A stretch of DNA of 63,469 nt, counting the filler, from Reticulomyxa filosa (taxonomy: Eukaryota; Protista; Foraminifera): the NCBI GenBank assembly GCA_000512085.1. It is 17 parts of 17 records of this genome, joined end to end, with 100 filler letters (N's around TTAATTAATTAA, not from the genome) between each part and the next. Parts side by side here need not be neighbours in the genome. Positions count along the whole stretch, not along the records: positions 25,921 to 27,129 come from ASPP01037065.1; positions 27,230 to 31,751 come from ASPP01025429.1; positions 31,852 to 35,340 come from ASPP01001308.1; positions 35,441 to 39,481 come from ASPP01023883.1; 13 more parts are not named here. One strand, 5' to 3'. The translations under genes and the position numbers were made by a program. Positions 25,985 through 37,554 of the stretch are shown in pieces (position 1 is the first letter of the stretch; each line of letters begins with the position of its first letter). The notes under the pieces are model-generated. The model ran no database searches, had not been told where the DNA came from, and saw only the letters and a program-made list of their open reading frames with translations.

Positions 25985-27060
25985 ACCTGTTTAAATCGTC
26001 TCAATAAATGCGCAGCATTTTTTTGCCCTCGAAGACAATCGGCAAAGTAGATGTGTCTATGTTTGAGTTGCTTTGGAAAATCACTGGAAAGCTGTCTCAA
26101 TCCAATTATAAACGCACTCCGCGGAGCGTCCTGTATCCACGAGTGCAAAGGCGCCATTTCACATCCAACCTCTTTGTACTGTTTATCGCTGAAACAAACA
26201 ATCATAGTCACTGTTTGCCACTCGTGCATGTACTTGCATATTCTTTTTGGCTCTGTTTTTTTTTTGTTTTGTTTTTGTTTTTGTTTTCTTAACTCAAAAC
26301 ATCGCTCCGGCCATTTTTCAACCACGACTTTGAACCCAGCATCGAGTAGCCGTTTTGCATTACTTGGAGTCAGTAATGTTCGATGTTCTGGAACTCCCTC
26401 TCCTCGGAGCCATATCATTGGAGGGCTCACCTTTTTTAAAAAACAAAACAAATAACAGTATCGTTCCTTCAATATCTTGTAAATTCATGAAAAAGAGAAA
26501 AAAAAAAAAAAAAGAGCTTAAATAAAAACTTGGCTTAACATGTTTTTGAAAAGATATTCCCGACATCTTCAACTCCGAAAAAATAGGTCGATAAAACTCT
26601 GCGGTTACTGGCCTTACCACTCCAGTTGCCGTTATATCTCCTTTTAGAAATAAGTGCTTTGCCATAAAAAATATATTTATGTATACGTTTGTGGAAATGG
26701 AGTCCAAAAAAAAAAAAAAAAAAAGAGATAGACGAAACAATAGCACAAGCTAAAGGTAGGCTTGCAGTTCTGGCCATGGCAGAATTGGCATCCAAGTCTT
26801 TGCCAAAGGACAAAAGTACAGACTCGATCGTTTGCCGCAAGCCATTGGGGTACTCCGTTTCCAAACCCACCTTTAGCAAAACCATATCTTTTTCATGTTC
26901 TTTGTATTGCAGCTTTCGCTCAAACAAGGAACACAACACATGCATCGCACTCATTGTCGTCCCCTCTGGGATTGTGGCATTGCTATCCAAGCCTAACCAG
27001 CACAAGTTCTGGACGGGAACAGACTCCACATTTTGCTACATCATTCGGTCCGATTTGACA
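25985..27060 (-). CDS. Saccharopine dehydrogenase fusion: Lys9/SDH C-terminal domain followed in frame by a fungal-type Lys1 N-terminal domain; partial at both ends
   Basis: Lys9-type WLGL..LFERKLQYKEHEKDMVLL..SAMARTASLPLACAI|HLFLKGDITATGVVRP..YRPIFSELKMSGI. Then Lys1-type IWLRGE..EHRTLLTP..KRLLDAGFKVVVE..RCF..YKEVGC..SWIQDAPRSAFIIGL..LKHRHIYFA. Introns ~26738-26657, 26539 to ~26431/26476, and ~26293-26189 keep the frame. Confidence 0.88.
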
Positions 27061-27095
27061 ATCGTATCACGTATACGTTTATGATACATACATAC

Positions 27096-27129
<34 letters not shown>

Positions 27130-27459
27130 NNNNNNNNNNNNNNNNNNNNNNNNNNNNNNNNNNNNNNNNNNNNTTAATTAATTAANNNNNNNNNNNNNNN
27201 NNNNNNNNNNNNNNNNNNNNNNNNNNNNNAACTTTAATTCAATTACCAAGATTCGATCAACCTTACGCTATAAACAAATTGTTCTTTTATCTGATTGATA
27301 TCTTAGTATTTCTTTTTTTTTAAAGGCAGAAATGAATAATTTTAAATCAAAAATGTTCTTTTTGCACTGAAAGAAACAAATTAAATCAATTGCATCAGCA
27401 AAAAAATAAACAAACAATAATCTTATTTGTATATTAAATTGAAACAAAAATAATACTTT

Positions 27460-29740
27460 TTATTCTGTCTTCCACAGTTGAATTTTTCCACTTGTCGAAC
27501 CTGTTACAATTAAGTTACAATCTGATGATATATCTACCTCATTTTTGATATCATATTTTCCCTCTAATTTCTGTATTTGTTCTCCTAATTTTACATCCAA
27601 TAAACCGGAATTTAAGGCAACTACTAGAATCATTTGACCATTTGGAAAATATTGCACATTACTTACATATCCGGAATATCCCTCAAATTCTTTTAACTTT
27701 GTTCCAGATACAACATCCCATATTCGTATTTTCATATCAGAATAACAAGAAACAATAGAGCGACCATCTGGTGAAAATTGTATGGCACATACACGAGCTG
27801 GACATTGTGCTAATTCATGTATCCTTTTACCTGATTTCACATCCCATAATATAATGGCATTGTCAAGGGAATATGATACAATCATTTGATTATCGGGTGA
27901 TAAACGAATATCTTGTATCGCTTCTAAATGTCCTACTAATATTTTTATCTCTTTCACTGATGTCAAATCCCATATTATAATTGAATTATTAGTTGCACTT
28001 GATGCAATAATATTTTCACTTAAAGAGATTTGAACTTTTTCTGTACCATTTGAAGGTAATTCAATTTTTCTTATTTCTTCTCCATATTTTATATCCCAAA
28101 ATTGAATTTGTAATTCTCTTGAAATAGATACAATCATTTTATCATCTGGTGAAAATTGTGCATGTATAAAAGCTGAATTATCTTTTAACACTTGAATTAC
28201 GTTTCTCCATTTTATATCCCATACTCGAATTGTTCCATCATCAGAGGCAGAAACAATTTTGGTACCATCTCGTGAAAATTTTACACTATTAATACATTTT
28301 GAGTGCCCTAAGAAATATTTTGATGGCAGGAAATATTTCATCTGTTTTTCAGTTTAATTTTTCAATAAGATTCATATGTGCACATAAAAATTTATTTACA
28401 ATAATATACCTGAGTATATTGTAAAATAATTTTATTGAAATCATTAATCCAGCCCATTTTAATAAATAAAGATCGAATCCAATATTCAATTGTAGTTAAG
28501 ATCTCGTTTTGCCTCTATTATATATATTCATCTTAACTTGAATTACAATTATATTTACTTTTAATCTAATCTAAACAACTCAACTTCTGATATGTGTAAA
28601 TCAACTATGGAAGTTATTTTTTCCCTTTCTCTTTTCATTCTTTGCATCTCCTTCTTATCTCGTTCTACATCGTGTATTTTAATTTCTTTTATCGACCATT
28701 CTTTCTCCTGTTCAGTCTTTATTTTTCTCCATTCTTCTTTATTTGTTCTCACATGTGTTATTGCCTTACCTGTTCCACTGTCCATTCCTAGTATGTGAAT
28801 GTATGAATTATCTTCAGCTCTTATTGCAACAGCATCACTCAATGGAAAGGGTAAAGTTTGTTCAAATTTTATCCATTCCTTCTCAATCAATGAAAATTTG
28901 TGTATATTTTTTGAAGCGCTGTCATAATCTCCATTAGATCCACCAAAAAATAAGATGGCATCATCAGTACAAATATATGCATAATTTTTAAATTCTTTCA
29001 TTGTTGTAGAAATATATAATGTATAAAATTGAAATCTATTCGTTTTTTCATCATAATCAATTGATAGACCAGTTTTTTCACAAAATAATATCATTTCATG
29101 TCTTCTATTTACTGTTATTGATCTGCTATTCGTTATTGATACAAAACAATGATAGAATATTTCGTATCAATCGGTAAAAGACTGTGATTAATATAATATA
29201 ATTTATCCAAATCGTAAACATCAATATTATTTGGATGATAAGTAATAAATAACAAATGATTATTGCTTCCACCAAGGACTGCACGTACTCCATAATGATA
29301 ATCTTGATCTCTACCAATATAAACAGCTTCATTCTTTCTTTTCCCTAGGGAAAGGGAGCCATTTATTACAAATATCTGTTTCTTTGTTTTCTTTTTTTTC
29401 ATTCCAAACACTTACATATTTCATAGTCAAAGTATGTCTTTTCTGATATTTAAATCCACCAAAAGATAACAAATTGATTACTTCTGGATTATTCTTACTC
29501 ACTATCTTCACAACACAATGTCCATCTAGCATAACATCATCTGGATATGAGCAAATGAACTTGTACTGCTTTTTAAGAATATGATATGAGTAACATTTTC
29601 TTTCATTACAACCACCACAAATGAGGATTTCGTTTTTGTAAGTCACACACTGTCCTTGGGCAAGTGAAACAGGTAAAAAAAGGCAAAGTCTCAAAGAGTG
29701 TATCCATAATTTGCTTTGATTGGGTAGTATTTTGAGACAT
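27460..29740 (-). CDS. Kelch-like propeller + coiled-coil/helical linker + WD40 propeller protein (frameshifted; possible pseudogene)
   Basis: N-terminus LPVSLAQGQCVTYKNEILICGG..CYSYH..GHCVV..LLSFGG; YGVRAVLGG; ILFFGG..IHKFSLIEKEWIKFEQTLPFPL. Linker IEYWIRSLFIKMGWINDFNKII. WD40 exon 27460-28341 (GHSKCINSVKFS..IVSASDDGTIRVWD). Frameshifts at ~29680, ~29340 and ~29140. Confidence 0.85.
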
Positions 29741-31851
29741 TATACTCAAGTATATAAAGAAGTTGGTTGTTAAAAAAGATCAAACTCTTTTTTTCTGTAT
29801 GTAGTGACAACAAGGGGGAAAACCACACAAGTTTGAGACTAACTCGGCTAGCTCTACTTTTACACTTGGTAGTTTTTTCTTTATCACTATTACAAAAATG
29901 GTTTAATCTCGGGTATGCAACTAAAGAATGTTGTCACTTTGAGCGACAAACAACTGCACACAACATATGTAAACAAATGATGATAGAATGCTTTGGCTTA
30001 TAATGAATACTTTTTTATTTTACAAGATCAGTTCAATTGTTATGTTGGTATTACTATCTTTTCTCAATTTTCACATATTTGGTGTCAATTAGTACCTTTG
30101 GCAACGTACTGATTAAGAAACATGGAACCGAAAAGTTTGATTTAAAAATGTTCAAGAAAAAAAGAAAAAATCTGTTTTGTAACATTATAAAAAAAATAAA
30201 ATAAAATTAGAAAATCAATACAAAAATTGTTCTTATCTTGGCAATACTTATTCTACTTGTAAAATCCATTTGTAGATATCTTATTTATGCTTTCATGCGA
30301 TAGAAATTTTCACTTAATACATTGTTGTCAAATCTTTTTTTGATGTTTGCAAAGGATTGAAGAGAAAGAGATAAAATTGGCATTAAGCCATTTATTAATC
30401 TTCTTGTTTCGTTTTGTTTTGTCGTGTTTTTAAAGATCTTGCATTTGGCAAAATCAGGACCTTCGATGAAACTTACGATCAATAGATTATTTAACATTAT
30501 TTGGTAATATAAATCAATTTCAAAACGATATTATATATATTATATAAAATATATTATTTTATGAAAAAAATAAAAATATAATAACATATTTTCGTCAAAT
30601 TCGGAATAAATAATAACTGATATTTCCAGTATTATCTTTGACATTTCCGATCCAATTCTCAACATCACCAATAGCGTTTTGCACAGTATTTCGGTCTTAT
30701 TGGTCAATGTGTGCAAATTGTTAAAAACATATCGACAATTGGAAATTAGTTTTCGTAATATCTCAATACGTTGTGGACTATGATCACTTTACTATTATGC
30801 TTTCGTTATAAATGTGAAAAACTTGAAACAATTTTCCAATATGATTTTGAAGTTCATATTTTAAGTTTGCAATGTAAATCTGAAAACTTTTTTTCTGATA
30901 TTTGCTACTGTTTTGCTTTGTAAATTTTTTTTTTCACTTAAATCCGAAAGTATATACGTTTATCTATGTCAACGAAGTTTGTTTACGTTTTTGCTTGCTA
31001 ATCATCGCCGTCTGATTTTCTTTTTTAAATAAATAAATCCAAAACGTAATGTCAGCAAAAACTAGTTATCTTCTTCATGTTTAACATCATTTTTCGTAAC
31101 GTTTTTTTGTTCTTACTGATTATTATCAGTACACGAACTCACTTTAAAAAAATTCCAAAGTAAAATGTCAATTAAATTAAAAATAAGCTCATTATATTCT
31201 TGAAGGCATCTGTTGCTGATGTAAAATGAATTTTTGCTTAAACTACTTTTCGGATTTATTTATTAAAAAAAGAAAATCAGACTCCAATGACAGTAAGCAA
31301 AAAAAGTACTCAAACTTCGTTGACGACAAACGTATATACTTTCGGATTTAAGGGGAAAAAATGGAGCAGATGTCAAAAAAAATGAATGTAAAAAACTAAA
31401 ACTCTTCAGAGAGATTTTGATGCTGTTTAGCTCTTGCTTTAATGTGTTGTGCAGACAATTGCTTAATGAATTTGTCAATAAACTGTCAGCGTTTTTAGAC
31501 ATGTTGCGCTGTTGTTTGAATAGCTTCAAATATGTGATTCAATGCAGTTTCCAATTCTTTACAAGTCTTTTTGCTGAAACATAGGAAATTGTTCAATCAG
31601 TTTCGATATTTGCCAGACTGAAACGTTTATGGAAATGAAAATAAGATAGTGGCAATTGTCTTTAAAAACCTTCTAGATGAATATTATGCACGAACTTTTT
31701 AAATGTTTTTCACAATTGTTTCTTTTAATGGTGTCACGCTAATTTTTTTTTNNNNNNNNNNNNNNNNNNNNNNNNNNNNNNNNNNNNNNNNNNNNTTAAT
31801 TAATTAANNNNNNNNNNNNNNNNNNNNNNNNNNNNNNNNNNNNNNNNNNNN

Positions 31852-33939
31852 TTGTACTCGTGTTTTGCACAAAGACCAGTGTCACTTTATCGATCTGTAT
31901 TTGACACAAGTTCGGATAGCGATTGGAGAAGACGTGTATTGGGTTGGAAAAAGTTTATCGATAATGAAATAGATCTGTTTGATTTATTGCACTACAATGA
32001 TATGATGGGAGCGAATCATGGATGCATTTACTATTCACTATCTTTATCTGCTAAAGATTTACAATTTAAAGAAACGTCATATTCCACACAACGTTGTCAA
32101 ATGAAACAAATTGATGATCAACCCTATTTTTTAAAGCGCTTTACCTGGATTAATGCAAAAAGGATTTGCAGATATACCGCTGACCGTTCAATCTTTTGCA
32201 TCAAAGACCTTGGGTAAAGTAGATGATAAAACTACAAAAAATTTAATTGAACAAGTGCAATATTTTTATGATCACATTTTGTGTCTACGAGAATGGTTGG
32301 AGTCTTTATATTGCACTTCTGACAAGTTTCGATTTGGTCAATGCAGTTTCACAGAATTTGAGATAGAAATAAACGGAGAACAAATTGAACTTGTTATACA
32401 CAAGAATGAAGAAAAGAAAACAAAAGAAGTAAATATCTATGACTGGAGTGATTGTAATGACGACAATAATAGCTCTGCAGATAATAATGCTTCTATTGTT
32501 AATATGTATGCATGGGATAATGTTCAAGTAGGAGATGAATTTACATATATTTGTCAAGAAGGAGTATCAGCGATGAGTAATGCTACACAGTATATTGTGT
32601 TGGGTGAATATATTGACTTCACAAATGAAAAAGAGCTAAATAACAACAAAATTAGAAATGGGTGGAACATTATTGATCTCTTGAAAGCTGATGATGAAAT
32701 TGAACAAAATCAACTTTGTGAAGTCTTTTCCAAAAGTTGTACATTTTGGAAAAAGAAAATAGTTATTTTTCTTTTATTGATATTAAAAAAAATATATATA
32801 TTTTATATGTATGTATATAGAAATATGCAAAGGAACAAATAGATTTATTTATTGCAATGTTAAACAAAGCCCACAAGTCAATTTGGGCATTGGCAATAAC
32901 ACATTCATTTGATCAAATGACAGTTTTTCCAGTACTTCCAAATTTGGTACATTTAACTATAGAAGATATTAACATCAACAGTTGTTTCAATTCCATAAAT
33001 ATGAAAGGATTAATGCCACAATTGAAAACACTCGCAGTCTACGAATTGTCGATGGGTCCGTGTATGTATTGCAATTGGGAACAAGTTCTCAAAGCAGCTG
33101 AAGAATGTGATTTTAACGATGCAAATGACTCTTTGTTAGCATCTTTTTCTAATTCTTCATCTTGGATTAAGCAAAAGCAAAATTGTTCCCAAATTAAATT
33201 TCTTAATCATTTGCTATCCTCTTGCCCAAATTTGTTAGCACTTGATTTTCGTTTTGATAAAACAGATCTAGAAGGCGTACTCGAAATTCCATCCACTTTG
33301 GAGTGGTTAAAGATATGTGAAAATGTGGATTTGAGTTCACCATTCGCTATTCCACTGGATTCGAATTCATTTGTTCGAATAGATTTGAGTCAATGCAAGC
33401 GTATTAATGGATTAAGTTTAATTTTGTTTTGTTTTATAATACAAAAAAAATTTATTATAAAAAAAAAAGATGTAAGATCTTCTATTATCAAATGGCCGAC
33501 GGACACAATACTAAAAATTGGTTGGCTGAAGATTGACAATCAAAGAGACATTGCATACTGGGATAATTTGTTATCATCACCCATAAGACATTGCGATGTA
33601 CAAATTTGCGCAGCTCGACCACGTATGGCTATATATGATTTGACATCCAATGGCTCGATCTTTCCTCCCGCTGAACGATTTTTTTTTACCGAAGCAACAA
33701 TTGCCGAACAACCAGGAATACAGTACAGAGATGCTGAAAAATTTTTACAAAAACAGAAGGGCATTATTTTTGAAACTGATTTTGAAGATAATGACAGTGA
33801 CAATGGCAAAGACATTCAGAGACCAACTCTTTTTTTTCAAAATATCGTCGAGGCTATGGGAATTGATAATGCCAAAATGGAAGAGTATCGAAAATGGTTT
33901 GATATTGGTGAAGCTGATTGGATTCTCAATTTATACTGA
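31852..33939 (+). CDS. Protein with RNI-like leucine-rich repeats; 5'-partial
   Basis: LPNLVHLTI, MPQLKTLAV, CPNLLALDF, PSTLEWLKI, IDLSQCKRINGL. Collinear ORFs with an intron at ~32723-32820 and a frameshift at ~32150. Confidence 0.55.
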
Positions 33940-35024
33940 TCCAGAGATGAACAAAAAAATTGCTTGTGAAACAACGTTATTGAAAAAATTAATTTTTGAA
34001 AAACGAATAATTAAATATTGTTTTTTGGTTGGGACAAGGTAAAGTACCATTTTTTTTTAGTTTAAAAAGAGGCACATGCATTATCTAATCCTATTTTTCA
34101 TCATAACATTCAACTTGTAAGAATGCAATGTATAACTGACAATAATCTTTGAACAATCGCAAATTGAAAGTTAATGAGAGAAGTTTTCAATTGAGGAAAT
34201 TTTTTTTCATTTATTTCAACACGAGGTTGTTAGATTTTGTCGATTTCTTCATTTTGATAATATATTTAGCACCTTTATTCAAAAGTTTAATTACTCGCTG
34301 AAAATAAAGCTTCCCCAAACACGAATAAGACCTTTGAATAAACCAAAATATACATTAATACCATTTATATTTTTTTTCTTTTTCAATGACATAAACTTTA
34401 AACAAATGATACATATTATATAAAACAATTAGTCCAAAAACAAAGATAAAAAATTATCTTCTCAAAGCATTATATCTTGTGTTGATGACCTCGGAGAGGT
34501 GAGAAAGTGTATTTTACAATAATTGTTATTGCTTTGTAATGGTGAACTATCAACACAACAAATACTGTCTTCGTGCTCATTGAAAATATGTAATGATTTG
34601 GATAAATGCTCCAAAAAAATTATAATATAAAAAATAAAAATTGGTGTAGGCTATTCCAAGAGAATAAATTCCAAAGCTATTTAAAATAGAAAGAAAAATC
34701 TTTGAATTCGATACGTTGAAAATTTAATGTATTAAGATAACTTAAATTTATGCTTTCACTATTTGTACAGGCAAAACAAGGACTTCCAAGAAGTTTACGC
34801 AAGGTACAAGAAGGGATCAACAAGATTTAAGTTGAAAATGACTTTTTTTTGCTTTTTGTTTTTATTTGAAATAAAAATTTAGTTCTCTAATCGTAAAGAA
34901 GCAAGCATATGTCCAAACAAGTTTATTCTATCAAACTTGCAAAAAAAAAAAAAGATATTGAGCCACTGCTGCACGTGTTTAAAAACATACGACTGACAAA
35001 CAAAAATAAAAGGTAAAACATTTT

Positions 35025-35286
35025 GTGATTGAACCTTATGGCAATGAAAAAGTAATTTCAAGCAATTATCTAGATGGCAAAGGGCGAATGGAAAGATCAA
35101 AAGAGGCAAATTGGAAACAATTATTGCAAATAATCAAAGATCAGTTAAAATTGACAGATACGTCCACATTTCTTTTTATAAAAAAAGACAATCCAGATGA
35201 TCAAATTGACAATGATGGTGATCTAATGGATCTTTGGAATGAACTCAATAAAAGTAGAAAAGTAATGTGCTATACGCTAAAAATGG
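35025..35286 (+). CDS. PB1-like domain exon (fragment)
   Basis: NWKQLLQIIKDQLKL..FLFIKKDNPDDQIDNDGDLMDLW resembles the PB1 helix plus the acidic OPCA motif. Confidence 0.45.
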
Positions 35287-35440
35287 TTAGACTATTATAT
35301 ATTTTTAATTATTAATAAAAAAACATGTGTATGTGGTGCTNNNNNNNNNNNNNNNNNNNNNNNNNNNNNNNNNNNNNNNNNNNNTTAATTAATTAANNNN
35401 NNNNNNNNNNNNNNNNNNNNNNNNNNNNNNNNNNNNNNNN

Positions 35441-37129
35441 ATCTACTGTTTGACAGTTTTCCCAATCAGACACAATTCCCAAATAGAGGTAATATTTTGA
35501 CTAAAATCTTTGCAATCTTTCATTACATTATTGGAATGAGTAAGAAAGTCATCAAATATCTGTTGATTTGTGTAGTCTGGAAGTGAAAGTTCAAGTTTCT
35601 CTTGTAATTCAACACCTTCATATTCTTGTTTTATATCGTTGATGTTAACTTTACAATCTGTTGCCGTATTTTTCAAGGTATTTACTTCAGACATTATTTT
35701 TTCTTCCCAAACGTTTTTATTCATACTCTTTGATTCTTCTTCAAATAGAGATTGATTTTCAGAAAACGTGGCAAGATCTTGAAGTATTTCATATTCATTC
35801 GGAATTATTGTCCACTGATCTGTGTAGATTATTATTATTTTTTTAACAAGTATAATTCAATAAATATATGTGTGTGTGTGTGTGTGTGTCTATTACCGTA
35901 AAGAGATTTAAAATTTATCTTCTTTTTATTATATGCACTTATTGTATCTCTCAAGATCATTTCTATATTTCTTATCCATTTACTAATAAATGTTCGCAAT
36001 CCATGTAAGCGTCGTTGTTGCGATTGTTCAATTTCAGATGCTACTTCTTCCCTGTTTTTTTAAATATGTGTGTATACGTTACCATTTAAAAAATGTATTT
36101 ATTTTAGTTACTTCTTAAAAAAAAAAAAAAAAAATACCGTAATTTTTCACATGAACCAACAAGATCCTTCCATTCATTTTTGAGAGGATTAATCTCGTCA
36201 ATTATATCACTCCATTGAGATATTGGATTAATCAATTTTTTCATCTTTATTTCCCATTTAGTGATTACATCAAGTATTTGTTCCGTTTTACGATGAATTT
36301 TTTCTTTATCTGTACCATTTTTTTGTTCTTCTTCTTCAATTTGTCTACGCAATTTCATCACATTGACTTGCAAACTTCGGGTTTCCATATGTGCTTGATC
36401 AATTCCTGTTTTAATCTTTGATAATTCTTTTATAAATTGTGATTTCCATTCCAAAGTATTTTTCTTTACTTTAATAAAGTCATTTTTTAGCTTTTCATAC
36501 TTTTTTCCGCGCTCTTTCTCCTTTAACGAGCTTATTCGACTACATTCCAATTTATCAATTATTATCGTACATTTTCTTATTAATACGTCAAATGTGTTCC
36601 AATCTTTTTGTATTTCTTCCCAAATTTTTGATGCATCTTCAATATCTTTGTTTTCATTTACGGTATTCTTTAATTTATTAAAAGCATTCCATGCGTTATC
36701 ATCATCTCTTTCAACGTCAGAATCATCATCTCTTTTGATATAATTATCTCTTTCAATGTCATAATCATCATCACTTTCGATGTCAGAATCATCTTCTCTT
36801 TCGACGTTATAATCATTATCATCATTATCATCTCTTTCGATGTCAGAATCATTTTCTCTTTCAATGTTAAAATAATTTTCATCTATTTTGAGGTTACAAT
36901 AATCTCCTTTGCCATAATAATCTCTTTTACCATAATAATAATCTCTTTCGACGTCATAATCGTCATCTGGTTCGCTTTCAATGCTATAAACGTTACCTCT
37001 TTCGATGTCATCTCTTTCGACATCATCTCTTTCGACGTCATCTCTTTCGACGTCATCTCTTTCGACGTCATAGCTACCATCATCATCATCATCATCTCTT
37101 TGTCTGCCCTTCTTCAAACTTGATCCCAT
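35441..37129 (-). CDS. Acidic DDVER-repeat + coiled-coil protein; 3'-partial, spliced
   Basis: ORF 36104-37132 begins MGSSLKK, has DDVER/DDIER repeats, then heptad-rich helices. Further exons at ~36050-35898 and ~35820-35441. Confidence 0.7.
37000..37070. repeat. Coding 15-nt tandem repeat (tcgacgtcatctctt)
   Basis: About 5 near-identical copies encoding DDVER on the minus strand; degenerate copies extend to ~36700. Confidence 0.85.
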
Positions 37130-37554
37130 CACTTCAACGCAGATTTTTCTAAACTAGTAGTTGTTTTTATCAACCCAACACAAACCGATCTCAAGTTCAA
37201 AAAGAAAACAAAACTAACTTTATCCTATGGCAAAAAAAAGATCTAAAATATTTGATTGTTTCTCCATTTTTAATAATCACTAATTATGTATTAACACAGT
37301 TTTTGGCATTTGTTTAAGAAGGAAATTGAATTTTTTTTATTTTGAAAGATTTCAGTAAAATAATTTTTTTTAATCAACAATTTTATTGAAATATGAAAAT
37401 TGATATATTTGCATTTTCAAAAATCAAATAGATAACATAATATTTAGCAATTATTTATTTATTTATTTATTATTATATTGTTTCCTCCTTTTTCCCTTTA
37501 TTAGAAAAATTTTAAAGAAAAACTTTGTTCGAAATTCTTAATACTTTCTCTACA

